From contig OX597837.1 in the NCBI GenBank assembly GCA_951406725.2, positions 20,708,001-20,772,000 of the forward strand: a DNA stretch of 64,000 nt. Direction: 5' to 3'. The notes below the pieces were generated by a model, which made no database searches, had not been told where the DNA came from, and worked only from the letters and a program-made list of their open reading frames with translations. The translations under genes were made by a program, and so were the position numbers. The first letter of the stretch is position 1. Every line of letters begins with the position of its first letter. Positions 1-11,399 of the stretch are shown one piece after another. The stretch is from Octopus vulgaris. Its lineage: Eukaryota.

Positions 1-141
1 AATTACAAGGTAGAGCTTTTCTTTTGGAGGTAAAAAAAATAATTTTAAAAAAAAAAAAAATTTTTTTTTTTAAATAAATAAATAAAAAAAAAATTTTTTT
101 TTAAATAAATAAATAAAAAAAAAGGGGGGTCGATCAAAAGG

Positions 142-144
<3 letters not shown>
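1..144 (-). mobile_element. Tx1-like LINE, very short 5'-truncated 3'-end copy (copy C; runs off the window start)
   Basis: aattacaaggtagagcttttcttttg...tcgatcaaaagggat matches the 3' UTR of the copies at 331-1672 and 1732-2024; its 5' junction runs into (GATA)n. Confidence 0.8.
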
Positions 145-330
<186 letters not shown>

Positions 331-1672
331 TGTTTCTTTATTAGCCACACAGGGCTGCACACAGATAGAACAAATTACAAGGTAGAGCTTTTCTTTTGAA
401 GGTTTAAAAAAAAAAAAAAAAAAAAAAAGGAAGGGGAAGTTTCGATCAAAAGGGATCGTAAAAGGAGAGAAAGAGGACAAAAAAAAGGGGGTTAAAAAAA
501 AAGGGGGAGAGGAAAAAAAAATTGATCAATAGGGATCGTTATCACAGAAATGTCAATATGAAGTGTAAAGGGGAGGACAGGTGAGGTTTACCCGTGGAAA
601 GAAAAGCCTACGGAAAAGACCACGGTAACCTCGGTCAATGAATCACATTTTATATTTTTTTTTTTTTTTTTTTTGCAAATAAGCAACTCTCTGTTTTCGA
701 TTTCTGGGTTCATAGGACTATGCTCAAGGTGGCTTCGTCATTCATACGTGCCATTCTTGCTACATTCACCCATCTTTTTTAAAACATTCGCTAGACAAAA
801 CTTGCCTCTCTACTCTCACTTTCCTTTTCAAGTGGTACTTGAAGAAGTTGATGAGAGATTGACCAGAGAGGAAAGTGTTTGTCTCCAATCCTTTCAGACG
901 CGTCCACCAGATACATTCTTTCGCCATAGCCACAAGGATGATGAAAATAGCTCTTCCTTCCCGTTTGAAGGAAGGAGGCGTGACAATATTGACGATAGAC
1001 TCAGCTGATAAACCGACTCGTCCCACACGTGACAGCAGTTGTTCGACATAAGCCCACAGGTCGAAAATTGTTGGACACTGAACGAGTGCGTACAGAACGG
1101 TTTCGTCGCTCTGACCGCATCTTGGGCAGGTCGGCCCCGTGTTTCTCGAGCCGTGTCTGTAGAGCTTATCCCGAACGGGTAGCGCTTCTCGGTAGCACTG
1201 CCAGGCCAGGGATCTCTGGAAGTTGTCCATGGGCCCTGGCCCGAAAGTCGTCCTGAACAGGCGGGTCAGGTACTCCTCGTCGACGTCCAGGTTCGCCCCG
1301 AGCTCGTCGTCGTACCTCCCCTCCACTAAACCCCTATAGAATGCTTTGGTTGTGTTGAAGTCACTCAAGGTCGACCCAGGACGGCAGAGTTGCTTGAGAG
1401 CAACGCGACACTCGCGGTGCCATTCGCCCTTCCTCGGCCTCTTTTTGATAGATATCCACGACTGCAGTTCGGTCATGGAGACGAGCTGATAGATAGGAAA
1501 GCGTGCCTCACAAACGGCGACCACACCTGTTCACCGTCGTCTACATAGAGCCAGAGATGCCGCAGTCTCAGCGCGTGTCTGCGCATCATCAACCACGGCA
1601 TGCCCAGCCCTCCTTTTAACGGGTGTTGACAGCAAATGGATCGCCTGACCATCGGGATAGATAGCATCCTTT
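331..1672 (-). mobile_element. Tx1/L1-clade non-LTR retrotransposon, 5'-truncated (ORF2 C-terminus with zf-RVT, plus 3' UTR; copy A)
   Basis: ORFs 1473-1667 and 766-1524 give GGLGMP...WQCYREALPVRDKL...CPRCGQSDETVLY(H)ALVQC...IWWTR, the L1/Tx1 ORF2 C-terminal zinc-binding region; frameshifted; AATAAA near the 3' end followed by (TATC)n. Confidence 0.88.
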
Positions 1673-1731
1673 AGATAGATAGATAGATAGATAGACAGAC
1701 AGATAGATAGATAGATAGATTGATAGATAGA

Positions 1732-2023
1732 TTTCTTTATTAGCCACACAGGGCTGAACACAGACGGGACAAATTACAAAGTAGAGCTTTTCTTTTTGGG
1801 AGAAAAAAAAGTGGGGTAGGTTTTCGATCAAAAGGGATCGTAAAAAGGAAAGAAAAAAAGAAAAAAACGAAAAAAAAAACGATCAATTGGGATTGTGTAT
1901 CATAGAAATGCCATGATGTAAAGTGTAAAGGGGGAAGCAGATAAGGTTTATCCGTGGAAAGAAAAGCCTACGGAAAAGACCACGGTGACCTCGGTCAATA
2001 ATGTCACATGTTAACACATTTAT

Positions 2024-2024
<1 letters not shown>
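1732..2024 (-). mobile_element. Tx1-like LINE 3' UTR-only copy (copy B)
   Basis: Highly similar to 331-640 and to the reverse complement of 53282-53557; (GATA)n on both sides (1673-1731 and 2025-2079). Confidence 0.85.
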
Positions 2025-2081
<57 letters not shown>

Positions 2082-2570
2082 TACACATACATCCATACAT
2101 ACATACATACATACATACATACATACATACATACATACATACATCTTAAGTTATGGTAGGTTATTTCCAGAGACAGACGCAAGCCAAGTTCTGGGCTATC
2201 AATAGTGTCAGATTCTAGAGTCTAGACTAATACCGAAATTCTTCAAGTGTAGAAAAACCTGGTTTCGCGACTGCAAAACCGTGGAGGTAGTGTTGCGAAA
2301 AGTAAACTATAATCCAATTAATAAGGATACAAAGAAATCCTTTAATAAATCTTTGATGATTCATTACAATTGTTTCTGTACCAACTCTGCTTGAAACGCC
2401 AGTTTACGCAAAAATTCAAAGTGAAAAAGTGGCACAATATAAGAGCGCAATTCTGATGAAGTGCCACTCCAATGCCTAAAACCGCAAACATCAAGTAAAT
2501 TTTCACTCCGAATTTTTGCGTAAACGAATCATTAAAGGATTTATTTGTCTTATTGTTATTTGGATTATTA

Positions 2571-2631
<61 letters not shown>

Positions 2632-2895
2632 ATATATACACAACATACAAGAACATACAAGATAATTGGAGCAAGAGCATACATGCAGACGGAAAGTGTC
2701 GCTGAAGAGGTCACAGATGTGTGACAAGAGATTTCCGGACAATGGACGTGAGTTAGAATAAGAATAGTAATAAACGAGTGAAGAACGAATATATAGTGCG
2801 TGTGGTTATTTGGCAAAGAAAAAAAAATGACCATATAGCAACATATGTTTCAACACACGATGTTACATCAGAGATCTTGTAACACAAATCCGTAA

Positions 2896-2925
<30 letters not shown>

Positions 2926-2926
<1 letters not shown>

Positions 2927-3118
2927 ATTTTAATCCAAACAGGAAAACAAAAAAACAACAACAATGGAACAATTACAGTATTATTATTAATAGGCGCTCA
3001 GGAAATGGAAGCAGGAAGGTATGACGTTTCGAGCGGAGCTCTTCGTCGGAAACATAAAGAAGGAAGAGAGAGGAAAGAAAGATCCCAAAGCGGGCAACAG
3101 GGATAGAGAAAAAAAATA
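2926..3118 (-). mobile_element. Short Penelope pLTR-like element carrying a minimal hammerhead motif
   Basis: Flanked by (TA)n; related to 3855-4022 and 43885-44060; minus strand reads CCGACGA-a-GAGC-tcc-GCTC-GAAAC-GTC. Confidence 0.6.
3019..3053 (-). ncRNA. Minimal type-I hammerhead ribozyme motif
   Basis: gttt-CCGACGA-a-gagc(tcc)gctc-GAAAC-GTC-atac; stem III reduced to the palindrome ACGT; GUC cleavage triplet. Confidence 0.6.
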
Positions 3119-3125
3119 TATATAT

Positions 3126-3851
3126 ATTCTTTTACTTGTTTCAGTCATTTGACCGCAGTTGGGCTGGAGCACCGCTTCAAAGGGGTTTTTAGTCGAATAA
3201 ATTGACCCCAGGATCATTCTTTTTAAGCCTAATATTTATTCTATCGGTATCGTTTATCGAACCGCTAAGTTACTGGTACATCAACATCGGTTGTGAAGCC
3301 ATGGTGGGGGCGGGGAACAAACACAAACGCAAAGACACACACACACACTGACTCACACACATACACACACTCACACACACTGACTCACACACACACAGAT
3401 ATCTACATGAGGAGGCGCAATGGCGCAGTTGTTAGGGCAGCGGACTCGCGGTTTCGATTGCCAGACCGGGCGTTGTGAGTGTTTATTGAGCGAAAACACC
3501 TAAAAGCTCCACAAGGTTCCGGCAGGAGGTGGTGGCGATCCCTGCTGTACTCTTTCGCCCCAACTTTCTCCCATTCTTTCTTTTGTTGGCCTGCTCGCTT
3601 AGCCAGCGGAGTGGCGTCATTTGAAGGCTAAAACAACGCGAAGCGCATTGTGACCAGCAATGTGTAGCAACATCTGATAGCCTGGTCGGTGATCACGGTG
3701 ATATATATACGACAAGCTTCTTTCAGTTTCCATTTACCGAATCCACTCACAAGGCTTTGGTTGGCCCGAGGCTATAAGTAGACACGCAGTGGGACTGAAA
3801 CCGGAACCATGTGGTTGTAAAGCAAGCTTCTTACCACACAGCTACGCCTGC
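3126..3851 (-). mobile_element. tRNA-derived SINE family A, with a family C SINE nested at ~3409-3702 (+)
   Basis: Family A head ggc..agtggctgtgtggtaag...ggttcagtccc and tail atgactgaaacaagtaaaagag on the minus strand; the insert starts ggaggcgcaatggcgcagttgttagggcagcggactc. Confidence 0.85.
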
Positions 3852-3854
3852 CGT

Positions 3855-4022
3855 CTTCCTTTTCTCTTGGACTTTCCCCTGTCTTCTGTTTCTGAAGAAG
3901 AGTTTGCTCGAAGCATATCACACCCTTTCTTTCCTTCCCTGAGCGTCTTTTAATTCTTTGCATGTACCACGTCCTCGCGTCGTTGTTTTTTCTTGTTTTT
4001 TCTTCGTTTTTTTTTATTAATT
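3855..4022 (+). mobile_element. Short Penelope pLTR-like element with a degenerate hammerhead motif
   Basis: CTGAAGA-a-gagt(tt)gctc-GAAG at 3892-3913; same family as 2926-3118, opposite orientation. Confidence 0.5.
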
Positions 4023-4239
4023 ATATATGTGTGCCTGTGTGTGTGTGTACGTAAGTATGCATATATTTATGGATGTGTAGATAGCTATAGCAAAAGATAT
4101 ATAGATTGATGTATATGTGTGTGTTTGCGTTGCGTGTGCGTGTGTGTGCATGCATCTACACACTACATATATGAGCAGTTATCTATACCTTACTGTGTTT
4201 GTGAGTGTGTGTACAAGTGTTAATACTCACGTGCATATA

Positions 4240-4642
4240 TTCTTTTATTCTTTTATTTGTTTCAGTCACTTGACTGGGGCCATGCTGGAGCACCGCCTTT
4301 AGTCGAACAAGTCGACCCCCAGGACTTATTCTTTGTAAGCCTTGTACTTATTCTATTGGTTTTTTTTTTGCCGAACCGCTATGTTTCGATGATGTAAACA
4401 CCAACAAGCGATGGGAGGGGGGGGAACACACACACGCATACGCGCGCACTCACACAGACACACACATATATATATATACGACGGGCTTTTTTCAGTTTCC
4501 GTCTACCAAATCCACTCACAAGGCTTTGGTCGACCCGAAACTATAGCAGAAGACACTTGCCCAACGTGCCACGCAGTGGGATTGAACCTGGAATCATGTG
4601 GTTTGTAAGCAAGCTACTCACCACACAGCCACTCCTGCGCCT
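4240..4642 (-). mobile_element. SINE family A, full length
   Basis: Matches the copies at 35681-36225 and 41426-41871; internal (CA)/(TA) tract. Confidence 0.9.
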
Positions 4643-4768
4643 GTTATATTATATTATATATAATTAATTAATATGTTTTTGTATAAATGATTCATAGCGA
4701 CTGATTACGTGTGTGCGTACTGGCAATTGTATATCTATCAATCATTCTAGTACTGCAGACATATGGAA

Positions 4769-4814
<46 letters not shown>

Positions 4815-4853
4815 ATATATATATATATCTGTCTATCTATATATATATATATA

Positions 4854-4905
<52 letters not shown>

Positions 4906-4939
4906 ATTTTGGAATCTTTTTTTTTTCCTAGTTAATTTT

Positions 4940-5070
4940 AGTTAATTTCTGTTTATTTTCAGATCATTAAAATGGAATGTCAAGTTAAGAAAATCGAGCA
5001 TTTTCGATACCTCCTTCATTTTACTTTTAATCAAGTTCTAAGGCCGCAAAAACTGCTCGCGACAATTCGT
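4940..5070 (+). mobile_element. Mariner 5' fragment
   Basis: atggaatgtcaagttaagaaaatcgagcattttcga = MECQVKKIEHFR..., a mariner transposase N-terminus. Confidence 0.55.
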
Positions 5071-5593
5071 AACCAAGGTGTTTTTCAGTAAAAGAGAGAT
5101 AAATCAATAATTTTCAATATGAGTTTGTATTTTGTTCTGGTTTATATTTTGGGATAAATGAAACATCTTTAATTAGTCGCATTAAAGCAAACATACAAAC
5201 ATACAATTCACAATGGAACACAACCAAGTGGAATTCCCGTTCCTAGATATATTGGTTTAAAAAATTAAACAAAAATATAGAAACAGACATATATTACAAA
5301 ACTACAGACTCAGAACCAGTGTTTCTCAACCTCATTCTGGCTGTGGCCCCCTTTAATTCAACACGAAACCGTTATGGGCCCCTCTGCTAATTTAAGTTTT
5401 TATCCCTACTCTGTCCCTCAACTTAATGCTTCTAGAGAAGTAGAAAGCAACATTAAAATTTGTAGTTTTGCATCAAACATCCACCCCACTTGTAAATTTA
5501 AAAAAATATAATTGAATAAATATTTCATTTAAATAAATTTATTTACAGTTACAAAGCAAAAAATATGACAATTTCAGTTTATATTGCCTGATT

Positions 5594-6879
5594 TCAATGG
5601 GATCCCTGTAACCGATGCAGGGTTACCAACATGTCAATGTTTGGTTTCCAAGCTGTCTGTGAGAGGCGTAAATCTCCTCTTCTTTCTACGTCAAGGCGAT
5701 TTCGAGTCTTTGACAGTAGATACATCACCCGACTGAAACTTGACTCAACTAAATAAAATGTGGGAAAAGCGAGTAAAAGCAACTTAACGTTTCTCCAGAG
5801 TAATGGGTACTTTTTCGAGATTTCATTCATCCACAGCTTCTGGCATCCTCCATACTTGAATCTTGCAAGAGCTGCCGTGTTATTTTGAAGTTCAATGAAG
5901 CTTTCTTGCATGTCAATATTGACTTTAGATGGATCAACAACGAAGGGATCCACAAACCACTGCGGCACCATCATTTGGAGTAGATCAAGTTGACAGCTTT
6001 GATAACGTAAGTGCATCATTCAAATGTCCTGCTTTGTGTTTGGCAACCAGATTCTGTCAATGAAGAACACAGTGCACGCAATGCACTTTAGGAACAGCTT
6101 TTTTTTTTTAGTAAGCACTGAATCCCCGATATCTTCCGATCATAGCAGCAGCGCCATCTGTTGCACAAGCCACAGATGTTCTTCAATGGAATGTTGTTCT
6201 CTTCAAAATAGGCCTCAAGTTTTTTGAAGATAGATTCCCTTTTTGTGTCGGTCATTAATTTCAAAGCAAAAAGCAATTCTTGACATTAAGAAACCCCCAA
6301 AATGCCATTAAAAACGCAAAATTATCAGGAGGAGTTGATTCATCTATTTGAAGTGAGAACTCAGTTACCCTAAGTCTTGAAGCTAATTGGCTTTCAACAT
6401 CAGCTTCCATTTCATCAATCTGTCATGTTACTGATGAGTTGCTCAGAGGAATAACGCTAGTAGCCTCTTGTGGACTCTGATCCATGGCTGTTGAAAGCAC
6501 TACTGCCACTGCAGGCATGATCAAAGATGGTGTGAGGCTTATCAGCTTTTGCAATTAAATTTGCTATCTTGTAAGAAGCCAACATTCCTTTGTCTACTTT
6601 TGCTGCTTTTTGAGTGAACATTTGATCCAATGTCATCCTTCCTTGAAACTCATCACGTAAACTTTTGAAGAAATCTAGTGGTTTGTCTTTCTTATCTCTA
6701 TGTGCAGTCTCCAGATGTTTGTTTGTTTTTAGCTTGCAGCGACACAAACTTCCATTTGAGAATGAAGTCTTGCATAGCAGACACATAGGCATGGTAGAAT
6801 TTTGTGGAGATTTAATGAATCCATAAGCAAGATATTCAACAGAATATTGTCGACCCTGTTTTCAGATGCATTTGCCATG
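5594..6879 (-). pseudogene. hAT transposase pseudogene (ZBED8/SCAND3-like family)
   Basis: BED-like PMCLLCKTSFSN...KHLETAH; ASYKIANLIAKADKPHTI; C-terminal dimerisation motif LLAFPTFYLVESSFS...RNRLDVERRGDLRL; multiple frameshifts and deletions. Confidence 0.88.
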
Positions 6880-7281
6880 TATATCTGGAATAACAAACAG
6901 ATATTTTCAAAAAAGTTGAATAAACAAGAGGTTAGTTTCAAGCGTTTTCATCATGGGTGAATACAGAGTAAGGAAAAACTAATATGCCTTTTTAGCCAAG
7001 AATAAAATTAGATCTAAAACCAAGTTTATAAAGTTAATACATTACGCAGTTAACTAAATCAAAGGCTATATTAATCAGGAAAACAGATTAATATTTAAAA
7101 TGATAAAAATAACAAGGCAAAAATTCATCATTCTCTCTTCAGTTGACAGTCCAGAAAGAAAATTAATTTGATGGAAAGAAGCTAAGTTTTAAAAGTGATA
7201 GCTAAAGCGAGCGAGCTGGTAAAGTCATGGCTGATTAATTGTTGAATCAAACTTGAATTGCCAAAAAGAGTTTGCAAAGTA

Positions 7282-8282
7282 TCAGGTCATCCCATAAGTT
7301 CTGTCCGATTTTACCTTTTTTAAAATTGAATGAAATTTAATAGTATTTTAGAATGTCTAATAGAATTTAAAATTATTTGTGTACATTTAAACTAATTAAA
7401 TATTATTTTACAGGATAATAGAATTTAAATTTCTTTGATTAAAACCCTTTCTAACATGGAAATATCCAAAGAGCATTTGAGGAACATAATTGCTTTATGA
7501 GTACAAAAAAGGAAACTCTGCAGCTGAAGTGACTCGAAACATGCACTCAGTTTATGGGAAAGAATGCTTGAATGAAAGAACTTGCAGAATGGTTTGCAAA
7601 ATTCAAAAGTGGAGATTTCAGCCTTGAAGATGATTGAACAGGACGTCCAGTTGAGTTTGATGATAAGCTCCTTGAGGCATTACTTGAAGAAAATCCTGCA
7701 TTATCAGTTGAAGAATTGGCAATAAAGCTTAGTTCAAACCATACAACTGTTCATCGTCATCTTCAATAATTTGGTGGGATTGCAAAGGAGTAATTCACTT
7801 TGAATTGTTACCACCTAATGCAACAATCAATGCTCAAGTCTACTGTCAGAAAGCTTTAAAAAGAAAAAGACCCGCTTTAGTGAATCGAAAAAGAGTGATG
7901 TTTCATCAGGACAATGCGCGACCCCTCACTGCAAAGATCACATCACAGAAGATCGAAGAGCTTGGTTGGGAAAAAAATTCCTCATCCACCTTATTCTTCC
8001 GACCTTGCTCATTCAGGCTACCATTTGTATCGTAGTTTACAGAATCTTTTGGCGGACATAACTTTCGCAAGCCAGGAGGAGGTCGAAACTGACATTTCGG
8101 AGTTCTTCGCTTTGAAACCAAAAGAGTTTTACATTGATGGGATTAAAAAGCTTGTAAATAGATGGAAGGAAGTCATAGATAATCAAGGAAAGAACATTGA
8201 TGATTACATTTCAATTAAATATAACATTTGATCACTTGTTTTCTTTACTCAAAATTCGGACAGAACTTATGGGATGACCTAA
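7282..8282 (+). mobile_element. Mariner (Mos1-like) element, internally deleted
   Basis: TIRs tcaggtcatcccataagttctgtccga / tcggacagaacttatgggatgacctaa with TA on both sides; motifs FHQDNARP and HPPYSSDLAHSGYHLYRSL. Confidence 0.95.
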
Positions 8283-8873
8283 TATATTGAAAATGTATTT
8301 TCTTTTTTAAAGAAAAATGATTTTATAATATATTTTGTTATATTCTATTAAATATAGTTCAATATTAAATTTTACTCTAATTAAATTAAGTATATAATAC
8401 TTTTTCAGTAGTCAATTATTGAATTATTAAATTGATTAATAATTTAATAGTTGTATAAAAGTGCATATAAGAATGAGTTTATCTAATTTTCTAATGAATT
8501 GTTTGTTTGTTTTCAGGGTACCCTCAGCCTCCCACCTCACTTTTGATTCCCCATCTTAATTTGAATACTTCTCAAAGCTCTCATCAATTATAGGTTTATT
8601 GAAAATAAATCCTATACTCGTATGTAAAGAAACAGTTTTCCTGATGGCCTGGGTTCAGTTTGAATGATTGATCAATGATTTAACTTGGTGGATCGACCTT
8701 TCCACCCTCGCCTCTGACGCTATGGACCTAGACGGAATATTTATGATAATTAAAGTAACTTATAAAATCTTAGGTAAAATGAAGTAAAAAGAAGTAGATA
8801 CTTACTAACGATGCAGAAAAATATAATTAAACAAGAAAGTACGGAATCAAGAGGCAGAAGTAGGATGAGATAA

Positions 8874-8933
<60 letters not shown>

Positions 8934-9519
8934 GAAGTGGTATAATTTGAAAAAGCAAAAAAGAAAAATGAATCTTAAAGAGATTTGTGCGGATGTTAAC
9001 CAGTTAGCATGGACGTTGTTGATTGGATGGATTTCCATGTCGTCAATAATGTTGAAGTGGAGGTTTGATTAATAACCGTCACTTTGCCTTCTGCGCTGTC
9101 CATTATATATGTATATTTTGCAGCTTTAAAATTTTAGAGCAATTTGGTACGATGCAATGATATACATAGCTGTTCATCTTACGAACCAGACAACACTCAA
9201 AATCTAATATTCTAACACGTGTTCTTTAGGTACATATATGAGTGTAATAGAAAATTAGTACATAAGGATGATCAATAATAATAATAAACGCATATACACG
9301 TGTTTCTCATATATATGTGTGTAATGTGCATTTTACAAATAAAAATACATACCTACGTGTTAATATTTTATGATTCCCAAATTTTCTGCCCCCCCCCCCC
9401 TCCCGTAGTCCTCTGTTGCTCCCTATTTTTCAAACTTAGCTTTGTGGCCCCCAAGAAATGTTTCATGACCCCTAAGGGGCCATATGGCTCCCGTTGAGAA
9501 ATCCTGCCCTAAATAACAC

Positions 9520-10262
9520 TTACTATATAGCTCATGCAACCCGAGACATATCAAAACAAATATCCCCTTCAAACTTGCAAGAAGAAATTGCACCATAGTG
9601 TCCGAAAAAATACCAGAAAACTGAGACTGCAAAAGCTTAAAAACGTACTCATTGACAGATGCTACTCAACAGACGATGGGATTAAACGTGCAAAATCAAT
9701 TGACATACAAACATTATGAAAAGTCGAATACAATAACACACCTATTCTGGAAACACTACTTTATGTTTCCACATACAACCTCAGAAACAACGATGCATTT
9801 AACATCATTGTCCAAAATCTCCCAATACTCCATAAGGACCCCAAACTAAAGGAAATTCTACATACCCATCAAATCATTAAAAGCAGTAAACAGCCAAAGA
9901 TATTAAAGAAGATTCTCACAAATGTTAAATTATTCTCAAGAATAACAGACGCAAGAGTAAAATAATATGGTCGACCTAACTCTTTACTCTCTTTTACTCT
10001 TTTACTTGTTTCAGTCATTTGACTGCGGCCATGCTGGAGCACCGGCCATGCTGGAACATGTCTCAATCTTTTGGGACGATCAGAATTCCATTTTAAACAA
10101 AGATAAAAACCTCATTTATCTCATAAGATGCTCGGGCTGTCATAAAAACTATATGGATTCCACAGGAATGTCCCTTAGACGAAGATGTATAGTTCACAGA
10201 CAACAGATCTCTTCCCTATAATATCGCCAGATACATCTCAGTGAACACATTGACAGATTTGC
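9520..10262 (+). mobile_element. Penelope-like element fragment (RT thumb/linker plus GIY-YIG endonuclease), interrupted by a SINE A tail at ~9983-10057
   Basis: NLIYLIRCSGCHKNYMDSTGMSLRRRCIVHRQQI fits the PLE GIY-YIG pattern (LIY-x-C-x2-C-x3-YIG-x-T-x3-L-x2-R-x3-H). Confidence 0.8.
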
Positions 10263-10603
10263 AAGAGTGGGTGGTACCACTCTCAGTGTAGACCTGTGAG
10301 TCGGAAGAAAGGAGTTGGAGAGGGCTTTCGTCCTCAGTATTCATGGTAATCTTGGATGGTGGTGTTCTTTGATCATCCCTAGAGGTCTTCCTGTATCGGG
10401 GGGACCCAAACACTATCACTTATTTCCCTCTTCTAGTGTCCTATACTATGTATACTTCCCTTCTGCTAGGGTATACCATGTATACTTTTTTTGCCTTTTT
10501 TATCATTCCATTATATGTAAACTCCCCCCACACACACACACTTTATGTCTGTCTTTGTATTCACCCCCTCATCCTTCACCTTGGTGGCAAATAAAAGAGA
10601 TCA
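10262..10603 (+). mobile_element. Tx1-like LINE 3' end (diverged subfamily) followed by (ATT)/(ATC)n
   Basis: RVGGTTLSVDL* resembles the ORF2 end of the other copies; terminus cttggtggcaaataaaagagatc. Confidence 0.55.
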
Positions 10604-10614
10604 CTATTATTATT

Positions 10615-10662
<48 letters not shown>

Positions 10663-10714
10663 GTCGTCGTCGTCATCATCATCATCACCATCATCATCAT
10701 CATCGTTATTATTA

Positions 10715-11350
10715 TTTTGGTTTGGCTCAGGTTCAGTCTTATTCCTGGTAGGCTTTTCCTGGTTAGCGAGTTACTGCATCTAACCTTGGGTATCACAAGT
10801 TTTCAGCAGTCATTCAAGTGCTTAGAACCCTCCTGGTAATCCATGCTGTCCCTAAAAGACAAACGTTCTGTAGGATCCCTACCGGGCATTCTATTCTAAT
10901 CTCCTTCAGCCATTTGTCTATATCTTTGTTTATTATTCCCAGCGCACAAATTATTACAGGCACAACATTTACTGTTCTCATGCTCCAAATTCTTCCTATT
11001 TCAAGTTTTAAGGGATTGTATTCCCCCACCCCCGTTTTTCGTCCTCTTTCTTTACGATCCTAGAATCAAACGGGCATGATGGGTCGATCAGTAAGCAACT
11101 TCGCTTTTCCTTATCTATAACTGTTATGTCCAGCCTATTACTTTCCAACTTCTTGCCCTTTTGAATAGGAAAGTCCCACAAAATCTTACATTTCTTCGAA
11201 TCCAGGACTCTTTCGATTCGGTGATTGTACCATGTGTTTCCAACTCCATATTCCCATTTCTGGCACAGTTTCCAATGTAAAACTTTTACAACTTGGTCGT
11301 GCCTCCATTTCTTATAACCTTTCTGTGCCAATTTGGTGCATTTAAGAGAT
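10715..11350 (-). mobile_element. Dong/R4-clade LINE 3' fragment (restriction-like endonuclease)
   Basis: RHDQVVKVLHW...KILWDFPIQ...NRLDITVIDK...LLIDPSCPFD...VPVIICALG; 3' end abuts (TAA)/(TGA)n. Confidence 0.88.
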
Positions 11351-11399
11351 CCTTGAAGCATAGCTTCGTTCGTCGACTTGTTATCCAGGTATCTTATTA

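Larger units (their letters stand above)
5317..9506 (-). mobile_element. hAT (Charlie/Buster-type) DNA transposon, decayed
   Basis: Putative termini CAGTGTTTCTCAAC (5317) and reverse-complement CAGGATTTCTCAAC (9506) enclose a transposase remnant; the 8-bp flanks do not match, so pairing of the two ends is uncertain. Confidence 0.55.

Noticed and set aside
673-1008. Near-identical 111-aa ORFs at 673-1008 (+) and 52946-53281 (-)
   Set aside because: Antisense frames of the same Tx1 ORF2 segment; the similarity just reflects two copies of one repeat.
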